Virus record (IMG/VR): IMGVR_UViG_3300033388_007730
Location: 1-64,000 of that record
Direction: 5' to 3' (one strand)
DNA: 64,000 nt
The notes under the pieces: model-generated
The model's database searches: none
Told to the model about the DNA's origin: nothing
Seen by the model: the letters and a program-made list of their open reading frames with translations, nothing else
Part shown: positions 1 to 9,229 of the stretch, piece after piece
Position numbering within the stretch: the first letter of the stretch is position 1
Layout of the letters: each line of letters begins with the position of its first letter
Program-made: the position numbers and the translations under genes

Positions 1-3000
1 GAGAGCAAAGCTTTAGAGCATGAATCTAAGATAAGTGATGATTCTGTTTTTGATAATTTTTTTGAGGAGATAACACCAAGAGGATCTGTTGAATCTGCTG
101 ATAATACCAGATATAAGAAGGAGCAATCGTGGGTATCTATGCCTAGTATATTTGATACTAATTTTACTAATCAGGAGGGGGAAGTAGAATGTAATAGATC
201 AAAATGGGTTTATAGACATGACAAAATATCAGAAGGAAGTTATACTACTAAAGATTTAGAAGCTGATTATGATACAGCTACTTATCAAGAATATAAAAAT
301 AGTTTTGTAACTGATAAGGAAACAGGAGAAGTTAGGTTAAATCCAGATACTACTCCAGTTATAGATGTAGGAGCTGTTCAATTCCCACAACAACAAAGAA
401 CAATTGATGAACTTGGAAATGGAGTTCATTGGAGAGTAGGGAAAAGGACTCCATTATTTAGAGGAGAAGATTTTTTTATCAGATTTAATAAGACCGCTAA
501 AAATGCTACGGTTAACAAAAAAAATACAAAAATTCCTAAATTTAAGATAGGTTATTATGATTTTTTAGACGTAATGTCAGAAGAACAAATTGTGTGGGAT
601 TCAAGATTTCCAGAGATTAAAATTTCTGCTAATAATGCTGTTTTGCAACATGTGGCAGCTTCTGGTAATGAAAAAGATGATTCTGTATCTTTTGATTTTT
701 CTTCACAAGCTTATTATGTTATTGAGCTGGGTCATAGGTCAGAAAAGAATAATTTTTTCATAATAATAACAGAAAGAACATATCCTATTTGTGTTAATAT
801 ACAGAGAGGGATATCAAAAATTATGGGAAAGGCATTTAAAGGAGTTAAGGGAAAATCTTTAATAGATTCTGACTGGTTTGTTATGACTGTTAGAAATCAT
901 TTGGGTAATTTGGTAATTGAATTTGAAGGCAAAGGATTTAGGACAGATCCATGGATAATTAGTAAAGAAGAGTGGGAGATAGATACAGAAGAAAAAGGAG
1001 CTAGTTTACCAACATTAACTACTAAGCCTGCTATAATAACAGTCCCAAGGGGGAATATGACTATTTGGGGTGGAAATATAAAATGTGGATTTATATTTGG
1101 ACCATTACAATATTCTGTTGGATCAGCGGGATTTATTTATCCACCAAGAAGATTGGTAACGGGAGAAGAATTAACAGTTTCTATTGATAGTGGTGGAAGC
1201 ATTGTTATCGATGGTGACGATGGAGGGTTGTTAGCTAATCCATTTTTCTTGCCGTTAGGTACGGGACATGAATTAACATTTGCTCATCCTGCAATTAATA
1301 GATATGAATTTGCTAAAGAGATAGCTGATGATGGTAAAGATTATTTCATACCTCCAAGAGGAAGAAGACCTAAAATGTTTACGCAGGATGCTCAATATTA
1401 TAGAGATTTTATTAATCCTCCTGATAGTCGTTTTAGATATGAAGAAGAGTATGGATCATATTATTATAAAGAGACTTTGAAAGAGATAGGTTATGTAGCC
1501 AATGCAAGTGCTAAGATGCATGGAAAGACATCTGGAGTAACAGTAGCTAAATATAGGAGTCTTAATAATAGCGTATCAAATTATCAGGCTTTTGATACTG
1601 CGATACATATGTTGGTTGGAGATCATGTTTTTAACAGAAGCGGTATTACATATAATGAGAATAATCTAGATACTGGTAACGCTTTGGGGACATGGGAGAG
1701 GTATGGAGATTATTTTGATAATGAGTGGCTTTTAGGAGATTGTAAGACTCCTATTATGACAGGTTTAAGATTAGTATCTTATGAAGGAGATACTCCAAGA
1801 TGGAATGATGGAACTTCATTAAAATATGGACAGGCTCTTACTCCATTTAATAATCCTAAGAATCCTTATTTTATTGATGCAACTGATCATGTTCTTAGTT
1901 ATAGTGATTCGTGGTCTGCTACTGAATATACACAAGTAGATCATACTGGTTCTATTAATTTTTTATTAGGTGCTGAATTTCCATTTGGTCATAATGTTAC
2001 TGACAAATTATATGCTTTACAAAATAAAACATTTTATATTGAAATATGGGCTGGTTATAGAGGTTGTAATTATACTAATGTCCCAGGATTTTTTAAGATG
2101 TTTACTGGGTTGTGTCATGGAGGGGAAGTAAAATATGAGTATGGTAAGAATGTTATGAGTTGTAAGATAGTAGATTATATTGATGTTTTGAAAGATATGT
2201 TATTTTTTAATTCTCCATTTTTTGATGGGCAACGAGATATTAATGCTGTAAATGAGATATTAAGATTAGCAGGGTTTAGGTATAAAGGACCTGTTGATCC
2301 AGCTAATTTAATACATGGATTAACATTAAATTCCAATAATAATAATTCAACGGTATTTTTTAGGCATATAGATGGAAGATCTTTTAAAATGGAGCCATAT
2401 GCTTTGCCTAGTGGATACGATAGATTAGATCAACCTATGTTTAAATTCAATGAGGGATCAAGTTTTTTAGATGGGATAACGGAAATATCTAAAAAGTCTG
2501 CAAAAGTATTTTTCTTTGATCAGCTGGGAATAGCTCATTATGAAGAGTTAGCAGATTTAATAGAACAAGATTTTCAAGGGAAAATGCCATTAGTCGCATT
2601 GTATGCATTTACTACTAATCCAGAAATATTTCCAGGTCAATTAGTATTTAATAGTGTAGAGCACTCTTATGCTGTTCAAGAAGTATATAATCACATTAAA
2701 ATGATCAGCAATACTCCAGACATGCATCCGTTATTAATGGATCATATAAATTTTCCAGCAATAAATAATCCGGAAATAGAAGGATTTATAGGCTATAAAA
2801 AAACATATTATCAGCATGAGGGATTATTTGGTTCGAAGGGGGCTTTATTACATGCAACTAATAAATATAGTGTTATGTTTAGACCATATGTGATATACAA
2901 ATTTGAAACATATGGTGTTCCATTGAGAGCTAATGATATAGTGCAAATCAATGGAGAGAATGCTAGAGTAATTAATGTAAGTCATGAATTCGATCCTGTT

Positions 3001-3075
3001 CAAAATAGATGGTGGATGAGTGTAGAATGTAAGAGATATCAACCTATTGGTGTTGCTTTAGGAACACCTGGATAG
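1..3075 (+). CDS. Large putative virion protein, possibly baseplate hub/tail-tip like (5'-truncated by the window)
   Basis: Frame 1 is open from base 1 to the ATG at 139, so the gene starts upstream. The C-terminus (YKFETYGVPLRANDIVQINGENARVINVSHEF...W.MSVEC) resembles the final beta-barrel of phage tail hub proteins. Function is inferred. Confidence 0.6.
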   Translation, partial: ESKALEHESKISDDSVFDNFFEEITPRGSVESADNTRYKKEQSWVSMPSIFDTNFTNQEGEVECNRSKWVYRHDKISEGSYTTKDLEADYDTATYQEYKNSFVTDKETGEVRLNPDTTPVIDVGAVQFPQQQRTIDELGNGVHWRVGKRTPLFRGEDFFIRFNKTAKNATVNKKNTKIPKFKIGYYDFLDVMSEEQIVWDSRFPEIKISANNAVLQHVAASGNEKDDSVSFDFSSQAYYVIELGHRSEKNNFFIIITERTYPICVNIQRGISKIMGKAFKGVKGKSLIDSDWFVMTVRNHLGNLVIEFEGKGFRTDPWIISKEEWEIDTEEKGASLPTLTTKPAIITVPRGNMTIWGGNIKCGFIFGPLQYSVGSAGFIYPPRRLVTGEELTVSIDSGGSIVIDGDDGGLLANPFFLPLGTGHELTFAHPAINRYEFAKEIADDGKDYFIPPRGRRPKMFTQDAQYYRDFINPPDSRFRYEEEYGSYYYKETLKEIGYVANASAKMHGKTSGVTVAKYRSLNNSVSNYQAFDTAIHMLVGDHVFNRSGITYNENNLDTGNALGTWERYGDYFDNEWLLGDCKTPIMTGLRLVSYEGDTPRWNDGTSLKYGQALTPFNNPKNPYFIDATDHVLSYSDSWSATEYTQVDHTGSINFLLGAEFPFGHNVTDKLYALQNKTFYIEIWAGYRGCNYTNVPGFFKMFTGLCHGGEVKYEYGKNVMSCKIVDYIDVLKDMLFFNSPFFDGQRDINAVNEILRLAGFRYKGPVDPANLIHGLTLNSNNNNSTVFFRHIDGRSFKMEPYALPSGYDRLDQPMFKFNEGSSFLDGITEISKKSAKVFFFDQLGIAHYEELADLIEQDFQGKMPLVALYAFTTNPEIFPGQLVFNSVEHSYAVQEVYNHIKMISNTPDMHPLLMDHINFPAINNPEIEGFIGYKKTYYQHEGLFGSKGALLHATNKYSVMFRPYVIYKFETYGVPLRANDIVQINGENARVINVSHEFDPVQNRWWMSVECKRYQPIGVALGTPG

Positions 3076-3089
3076 TAAGGAGAATGTGA

Positions 3090-3320
3090 ATGAGGAATAA
3101 AAACAATAATAGAATAGAAAATGTATGGAAAAAATTAAATAGCGAACAGAAGAAAACAGTTAATGCCGATATCAACCGCGCTATCACAACTGAAGCTAGA
3201 TCTGGTAAATTTCGCAGAGATGGCCAGATGGAGTCTGGTGCTCTTCAGCTATTTAATCTTATTGAATCAGATTATATAAGATTTGGTAGCAGTTTTGGTG
3301 GTAGTACAGTAGGCACGTAA
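3090..3320 (+). CDS. Hypothetical protein (76 aa)
   Basis: AGGAG RBS upstream; lies in operon context. Confidence 0.7.
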   Translation: MRNKNNNRIENVWKKLNSEQKKTVNADINRAITTEARSGKFRRDGQMESGALQLFNLIESDYIRFGSSFGGSTVGT

Positions 3321-3353
3321 CATAAGGTAAATTTTAAGGAAGGTAGGGACATA

Positions 3354-6300
3354 ATGGGGTCCACTAAGTACTATGCGTTGAGCTATTTTGATTTTGGAGA
3401 TCAATTAGATTCTCCTCTCAATATACAAAAAGAGATAGATCGTTTTGTTATTATAGATAAACAGTTATATGGTTTATATAGTGTTTTTGGAAGCGGTATT
3501 ATTAATGGATGGACTGTTAGGGACGCTGGATCAACTAATGGACAAGGCATAGGTATAACTATAAGCGCTGGAACTGGAATTATAAATCTTTTAGCTGCTG
3601 AAACCCATATCCCCGAATTTATATATGATTTAACACCAAATTCTATTTTGGATATTTATGCTTCGTTAACAGGTTCCTCATCTAGAGATAGAACAGTTGC
3701 TTTTGTCGTATCATCTTCTTATTTAGCAAACAATTCAATGATTAGGCTTGCTAGAATAGCTACTGGGAATAATAGTATTTTATATATAGATAATAATGTT
3801 AGAGATAGAATAAATTTTGATGATATAATAGAGGATCAAATAAATCAACATAAGCACAGAGGGACACCTTCTAAAATAGATTTACAAGAAGAAACAAGAA
3901 ATCAGTTGCCAGGGTCAAGGATAGAAGGAGTTGATGCTTCTAAAATAGTAAGTGGTCAATTTGATATAGATAGAATTCCTCTTATAGATCATAATGATTT
4001 AGAAAATAATGGGATGTTAAGTCATGCAGCATTAGATTCTTTTATTAGGACATTTTCCCAGAATAATAAAGAACTTTTAGGGGAAGTCGCTAGTGTTAAT
4101 TTGCTAAAAACTATAGCATTTCTAAAATATATGTATGCTACTGTTGATGAGCAATTTGTTAATGAGTTAGTAATTATTCCTGGAATTTCACTTAATAGTT
4201 TTATTGATTTTGAATCAAGCACTGCCAACATTAACTTGGGAGAAAATTGTATAAGTGGAACTCCTGCTCAGACTGGTATATTTACATCTGTTTTTTGGAA
4301 TAGCACATTTGCATTTGATAATGCAGTTGCAAAGGATAATGTTGTTATAGCTGATGATACAGTCAGCATAGCTAGGACAGGAGAACAGATTGATACTGTT
4401 GCTGATTTTAGTAATGGAACTTGTTTTTCTCCAGAAATGGTATTAGAAAGTAATACTCTGAGTTGTGATATAGAGACAGAGGAGGGAAATGAGTTAGGTA
4501 GGCTTAGCGGTGGAGGAACTTTGCAATATTATTATAGATTGAATTTAGCAAGTAATGATCATAAAGATTGGGCAGATGATTTTGATGAATTAGTAATTAA
4601 AGTTAAGACTAATCAGGCTACTCATGAACCAGTTTATATGTATGTTGTTAATGGATCTAATTTAACAGAAGATGGACAATCTTTTGGTAGCATAGAAGCA
4701 AATAATATTGAAGGAGTGCAAAAGCCAGCGACTCCTTGGAAAATTTTGGGACAAGATGAGAGTATGTCTGAATTCGAAGAAAAGGTTCTTGATATTACTA
4801 GTTTAGAATTAAATGATGTAAGTCAAATTACTATTTTTACTAATGATTCTTTTACTTTTGACATAGATGATATTCATGCTAGAAGAACTAATTTATTATC
4901 TGATAGTGGCACAATTCGTTTCAGATATGAAACAGAAGCGAATGTTGTTTTTCATTCAATTTTTTATAGTGTGGAAACACCAGAGGATTCTTCTGTATCA
5001 TTAAGAGTTAAAGGTGCTGCTTCTGTTGATTTGTTATCAAGATCTTCATATTCTTTACCGCTTAACTCAGGAGATATTTTTGCTATACCTGGAAGAGCAT
5101 CAGAAATAGAAGTCGTTTTAACTCCTAACAATGAAAAAAGTGTTTCTTCGGTTCTGAATAGTGTTGAACTAAGAATATTAACTGATGCAGATTTTAATGG
5201 GTTTGTTATAGATAATGGAAGTGATTGGGAAAGAGGAACATTAGAGAATATAACTATACAACCTGTTGCTGATCAAAATCTTGATGATTTGGTTATAACT
5301 GCTCCAATTAATGTTGGTGGAAGGCATTTTGTAAAAAATAGCGCTGTTAGCGAAATTAATGATGACAATATAGGTGTCTATGGATTTAGTGGTGTTGAGA
5401 TGCCATTATCTCCTAATCAAACTAGAGACTGGAATTCTTCTTTGTCAAGAGGATTTGATAATTCTTATTCGGCAGTAAGAAAATTTAATAATAATTTTTT
5501 AATTGCTGATACATATAACAATAGAGTATTAGAAGTTGATAGCACAGGTGAATTAGTAAGGGGATTTGGCTCTACTTATAGCATAGATACTAATTTTTAT
5601 CCATTATCAGCAATTTATAATTCTGTTACGAAGATTTTAACAATAGTTTTTACAAAAGTAGCTGTTATAAGTGATATAACTAAGATATCTTTCTTTATCG
5701 GCGCTGCTAAATTGCCATTAACTACTAATGATGTGCCTTTGACAACAGAAAAAGGTGGTGGTAAGGTTGTTGAGATACAGTTGGATGATGACACAGCTAT
5801 TAATCTAGTTGGTGTCACTAGTGATTTGTCTGTGAATTTTGAAACAGGTGCTTTTACTGAAAATATAACTGTAAATGAAGGAATGTCTGCGATTGGAAAT
5901 AGTATTTTTAGTCCATTGAGAGGGTTAATTTGTTTTGTCGGAGAATTCATATATACAGATAATATAAGACACCCAATTTTTGTTGATGAAACTGGAAGTA
6001 GTGGGAACTGGATAATATGTAATTCTTCAATTTTTTCCGTACCGATAGATGCTACTAAAGAAGAAAGCCCAAAAGTTCCTGATATAATAGAAATTAATCC
6101 AGATGATTTGACTGATACTGATAATAAGCTAACTTCTACTGATATACAATTTTCAGATTATTCTCTTGGTAGCATATGGGAATACGATGATGAACAATTT
6201 ATGGTTGCTGGACTTATTGATCATTCTTCTCCGTTGCCAGGGATAACTGGTGAGAAATTTATAGAAGATAATGGTGGGGCAGATGCAACTGCTAATATAT

Positions 6301-6602
6301 TGTTTAGAGCTAGTGCCATTGATGATTTAAAAGACAAAATGGGAGTTGTTTTTTTAATAGATAAACCAAATGGGAGAAATCAAGTTTTTTACATTTCAAA
6401 TGATGGAAATTTCCCAAGCGATATTTCCCAATTCTCTAATGGAGACTTTAGTGTTTCAGAGTCTAGTTTTGCTAGTAGTTCTGGAAGAATAATAAGATTG
6501 GATTCATATGGAAACGTTACTAGAGTTTTTGCGGAGGGAACGCTTTCTGTGGTAAATGATGCTAAGGTCTTGAATAATGATAATATAATAGTAAGTGTAT
6601 AA
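3354..6602 (+). CDS. Putative virion structural/fibre protein with NHL-like propeller repeats
   Basis: 1082 aa, acidic. Contains a tail-fibre-like DASKIVSG...RIP motif and NHL-like FLIADTYNNRVLEVD. N-terminus is paralogous to 28107..33980. Confidence 0.6.
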   Translation: MGSTKYYALSYFDFGDQLDSPLNIQKEIDRFVIIDKQLYGLYSVFGSGIINGWTVRDAGSTNGQGIGITISAGTGIINLLAAETHIPEFIYDLTPNSILDIYASLTGSSSRDRTVAFVVSSSYLANNSMIRLARIATGNNSILYIDNNVRDRINFDDIIEDQINQHKHRGTPSKIDLQEETRNQLPGSRIEGVDASKIVSGQFDIDRIPLIDHNDLENNGMLSHAALDSFIRTFSQNNKELLGEVASVNLLKTIAFLKYMYATVDEQFVNELVIIPGISLNSFIDFESSTANINLGENCISGTPAQTGIFTSVFWNSTFAFDNAVAKDNVVIADDTVSIARTGEQIDTVADFSNGTCFSPEMVLESNTLSCDIETEEGNELGRLSGGGTLQYYYRLNLASNDHKDWADDFDELVIKVKTNQATHEPVYMYVVNGSNLTEDGQSFGSIEANNIEGVQKPATPWKILGQDESMSEFEEKVLDITSLELNDVSQITIFTNDSFTFDIDDIHARRTNLLSDSGTIRFRYETEANVVFHSIFYSVETPEDSSVSLRVKGAASVDLLSRSSYSLPLNSGDIFAIPGRASEIEVVLTPNNEKSVSSVLNSVELRILTDADFNGFVIDNGSDWERGTLENITIQPVADQNLDDLVITAPINVGGRHFVKNSAVSEINDDNIGVYGFSGVEMPLSPNQTRDWNSSLSRGFDNSYSAVRKFNNNFLIADTYNNRVLEVDSTGELVRGFGSTYSIDTNFYPLSAIYNSVTKILTIVFTKVAVISDITKISFFIGAAKLPLTTNDVPLTTEKGGGKVVEIQLDDDTAINLVGVTSDLSVNFETGAFTENITVNEGMSAIGNSIFSPLRGLICFVGEFIYTDNIRHPIFVDETGSSGNWIICNSSIFSVPIDATKEESPKVPDIIEINPDDLTDTDNKLTSTDIQFSDYSLGSIWEYDDEQFMVAGLIDHSSPLPGITGEKFIEDNGGADATANILFRASAIDDLKDKMGVVFLIDKPNGRNQVFYISNDGNFPSDISQFSNGDFSVSESSFASSSGRIIRLDSYGNVTRVFAEGTLSVVNDAKVLNNDNIIVSV

Positions 6603-6628
6603 TTTTTATATTTTTCTCAGAAAATAAA

Positions 6629-6655
6629 AGGTATTTTTAATTTATTTTATAATAT
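6629..6655 (+). promoter_or_regulatory. Putative phage-type promoter AGG-N16-TATAATAT
   Basis: The same spacing and motif occur at 12876 and 50546, all intergenic and just upstream of genes. Confidence 0.4.
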
Positions 6656-6662
6656 AATAATA

Positions 6663-6761
6663 GATACTTGATCTCAACTATTAGAGTATCGAAAAATAAA
6701 ATATTTTAAGGATATTATTGAATTCTGAGTTGAGACGGAATTTGATTTTATCCTTTTTTTA
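6663..6761 (+). ncRNA. Structured leader: two hairpins with complementary (kissing) loops, the second followed by a U-tract
   Basis: Stem 1 is GATACT(6663)...AGTATC(6690) with loop CTCAACT. Stem 2 is AAGGATA(6708)...TATCCTT(6755) with loop AGTTGAGA. TCTCAACT (6672-6679) is the exact reverse complement of AGTTGAGA (6728-6735). Confidence 0.6.
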
Positions 6762-6783
6762 TTGGTATTGGGAGAATAGAAAA

Positions 6784-7698
6784 ATGAGAAAATTAACATA
6801 TAAACAAGTGAAAAGGATATTTGAGGATGGTGGATGCGAATTATTAGGAGAATATATAAATTGTGATATTAAAGTTAAATATAGATGTAGCTGTGGAAAT
6901 ATCTCAAAAATATTGTTACATAATTTTAGAACAGGACAAAGATGTAAAGAATGTAACAAAAATAAACATTCATATAAATATGTTAAAAAGTTTTTTGAAG
7001 ATAATGGGTTTGAATTATTAGAAAAAGAATATACAAATAATTATATTAAAATGAGATATAAATATTCTTGTGGTGACATAAGTAAGACAATATTTAATTC
7101 TTTTAAACGAGGGCATAGATGCCAAAAATGTGGGCACAAGAGACAATCAAATCTTAAAAAATTAACTTATGAAGAGGTGAAGAAAACTTTTGAAGATAAT
7201 GGATGTGAATTATTAGAAACAGAATATATAGATAGCAAAACAAAAATGAAATATAGATGTAGTTGTGGGAATATATCAAAAATAAGATTTGGAGATTTTA
7301 AAAGAGGATATAGATGTAGAAAATGTTCAATTGAAAAAGTTTTTGGTAAAAATCATTATAACTACAATCCTAACCTTACAGATGAAGAAAGAAAAATAAA
7401 AAGAAATTATCCTGAATACAAACAATGGATCAAAGATATTTACAAAAAAAATGATTATACTTGTCAATGTTGTTTTCAGCGAGGCGTTTATTTAAATGCT
7501 CATCACATTCAAAATTATTCTTCCTACAAGGATCTCCGTTTAGCAGTTTCAAATGGTATTACATTATGTGCCCCTTGTCACCAAAAATTTCATTCAATTT
7601 ACGGCAAAAATAGCAATACTTCTTTACAATTAGAAGAATTTCTATCAGACTTTTCAATGAAGGTGTTAAATGACGATAAAGTAATTGTAAGTGTTTAG
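6784..7698 (+). CDS. HNH homing endonuclease with three N-terminal zinc-ribbon repeats
   Basis: Three repeats of FED.G.ELL..EY...Y.(C)SCG..SK....F..G.RC..C, then an HNH domain YTCQCC...LNAHHI...NGITLCAPCHQKFH. Start placed at ATG 6784 after a GGGAG RBS, because the TTG at 6718 lies inside the hairpin. Confidence 0.9.
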   Translation: MRKLTYKQVKRIFEDGGCELLGEYINCDIKVKYRCSCGNISKILLHNFRTGQRCKECNKNKHSYKYVKKFFEDNGFELLEKEYTNNYIKMRYKYSCGDISKTIFNSFKRGHRCQKCGHKRQSNLKKLTYEEVKKTFEDNGCELLETEYIDSKTKMKYRCSCGNISKIRFGDFKRGYRCRKCSIEKVFGKNHYNYNPNLTDEERKIKRNYPEYKQWIKDIYKKNDYTCQCCFQRGVYLNAHHIQNYSSYKDLRLAVSNGITLCAPCHQKFHSIYGKNSNTSLQLEEFLSDFSMKVLNDDKVIVSV

Positions 7699-7718
7699 TT
7701 TTATTAAATTGCTGAAGT

Positions 7719-8819
7719 ATGGACGAAAAAATCAAATTAAATTATGCTTGTTTCTTAAATCAATCTGGATATAGCCAGGCAGCGAGAGATATTATAGTAT
7801 CTTTGCATAATAGTGGTAATTATGATTTAAAATTAACTGTTTTTGGTGGGAAACCGTCGAGAGCAGTTATAAGCGATGAAAAATATGAACTTTTTATGCC
7901 TATGACCAGAAAAGACACTGGTCCTGATCGTATTTTGATATATCATTGTATTCCTACGATGCAAAAACGAGAAAAAAAGGTAAAAAACAGTATTGGGTTT
8001 GCAACTTTTGAAACTTTTCAGCCACCGGATAAGTGGATCGAGATATTAAATAAAAATGATGCTATTGTGGTTCCTTCTAAATTTAATTATAAGATTTTTG
8101 CTCATGCTCCAATAAAAAAACCACTTTTTCATATACCTCATTCAATAAACACTAATTTACACAATATTGGGATAAAACCACTAAATATTTATAATAAATT
8201 CACATTTTTGTTTATGGGAACCTGGAAAAAAAGAAAAGGATATGATCAGCTTCTTGAAGCATTTTATTCAGAATTTAGTGATAAAGATAATGTACAATTG
8301 ATAATTAAAACTGATAAACCGAAACAGGCAGAGGTTTATGCCAGTAATAAGAAAAAACAAATAGGAATAAACAAAGGAATTGCCCCAATTCTATTTGAAA
8401 ATAAGGTATTCAATGAAATGATGTTGCCTAGATTTATAAAATCAGCTCATTGTTTGATATCCCCTCATCTTGGCGAGGGATTTGGATATCCTGGATTGCA
8501 AAGTATGGCACTTGGTGTGCCAGTTATTATAACTAATTTTTCGGGATGCCAAGATTATGCTAACGAAGATACTGCTACATTGTTAGAACCAAATGGATTT
8601 ATATTTCATAAAGATATGGATGGGATACCACAGTTTCGTAGTAAAAAGTGGGCATTTGTAGAAGTTAGTAGCATAAGAAAGTCCATGAGATATGTTTTAA
8701 ATAATCCACAAAAAATTAGAGAAAAAGCAAAAAATGCATATTTATATGTTATTGAAAAATTTAATTATAAAGTAATAGAAGATTTATTCACAAAAATGAT
8801 TAGAGAAATATATGGCTAA
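7719..8819 (+). CDS. Glycosyltransferase family 4 (GT-B)
   Basis: SGYSQAAR N-terminal loop, KRKGYDQLLEAF, and GEGFGYPGLQSMALGVPVIITN donor-binding motif. Confidence 0.9.
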   Translation: MDEKIKLNYACFLNQSGYSQAARDIIVSLHNSGNYDLKLTVFGGKPSRAVISDEKYELFMPMTRKDTGPDRILIYHCIPTMQKREKKVKNSIGFATFETFQPPDKWIEILNKNDAIVVPSKFNYKIFAHAPIKKPLFHIPHSINTNLHNIGIKPLNIYNKFTFLFMGTWKKRKGYDQLLEAFYSEFSDKDNVQLIIKTDKPKQAEVYASNKKKQIGINKGIAPILFENKVFNEMMLPRFIKSAHCLISPHLGEGFGYPGLQSMALGVPVIITNFSGCQDYANEDTATLLEPNGFIFHKDMDGIPQFRSKKWAFVEVSSIRKSMRYVLNNPQKIREKAKNAYLYVIEKFNYKVIEDLFTKMIREIYG

Positions 8820-9090
8820 GTTGGTATTAAAACCTCAATTCGGAACAACAACTGATTCAAAAAAGATTAAGTATGAGATAGAAGGTCTAGAGTCATTATC
8901 TGATGGAGAGCAATATAGAATAGATTTTGAAAATACTACATTTGCTTGCAAAATAGATAAAGATGATGAATATCTTAACTTAAATATTCCACCTCACTCA
9001 TCACAATCAGCGATATCTGTTTTTGCCAATGTTTTTGTAGTTGATGATCATGGAACATATTTAAAAGAAATATGTCCAGCAATATTTTGA
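8812..9090 (+). CDS. N-terminal part of the following giant protein, joined by a +1 frameshift
   Basis: Ends ATA TTT TGA; the +1 frame (GAA GTA TCA...) runs open into 9230..12874. Confidence 0.6.
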   Translation: MAKLVLKPQFGTTTDSKKIKYEIEGLESLSDGEQYRIDFENTTFACKIDKDDEYLNLNIPPHSSQSAISVFANVFVVDDHGTYLKEICPAIF

Positions 9091-9229
9091 AGTATCAAAA
9101 AAGTTTGAAGGTGATATTCAAATTAATCCTGTTTTTGCTAGCCCTAAAGATCTGTGCAACATCAAAATATCATCTTGTGAACCAAACAGTAAAACGATTT
9201 TCTCTGTTAATGATAGAAGATTTTCTATT

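Larger units (their letters stand above)
6564..7698 (+). mobile_element. Free-standing HNH homing endonuclease insertion with a duplicated target-gene 3' end
   Basis: 6564-6602 (KVLNNDNIIVSV*) and 7660-7698 (KVLNDDKVIVSV*) are 30/39 nt identical and flank the HNH ORF and its leader. Confidence 0.75.

Noticed and set aside
6603-7698. HNH region as a group I intron or intein
   Set aside because: The upstream gene has its own complete terminus and stop. The ~180-nt leader is too short for a ribozyme core, and no intein terminal motifs are present.
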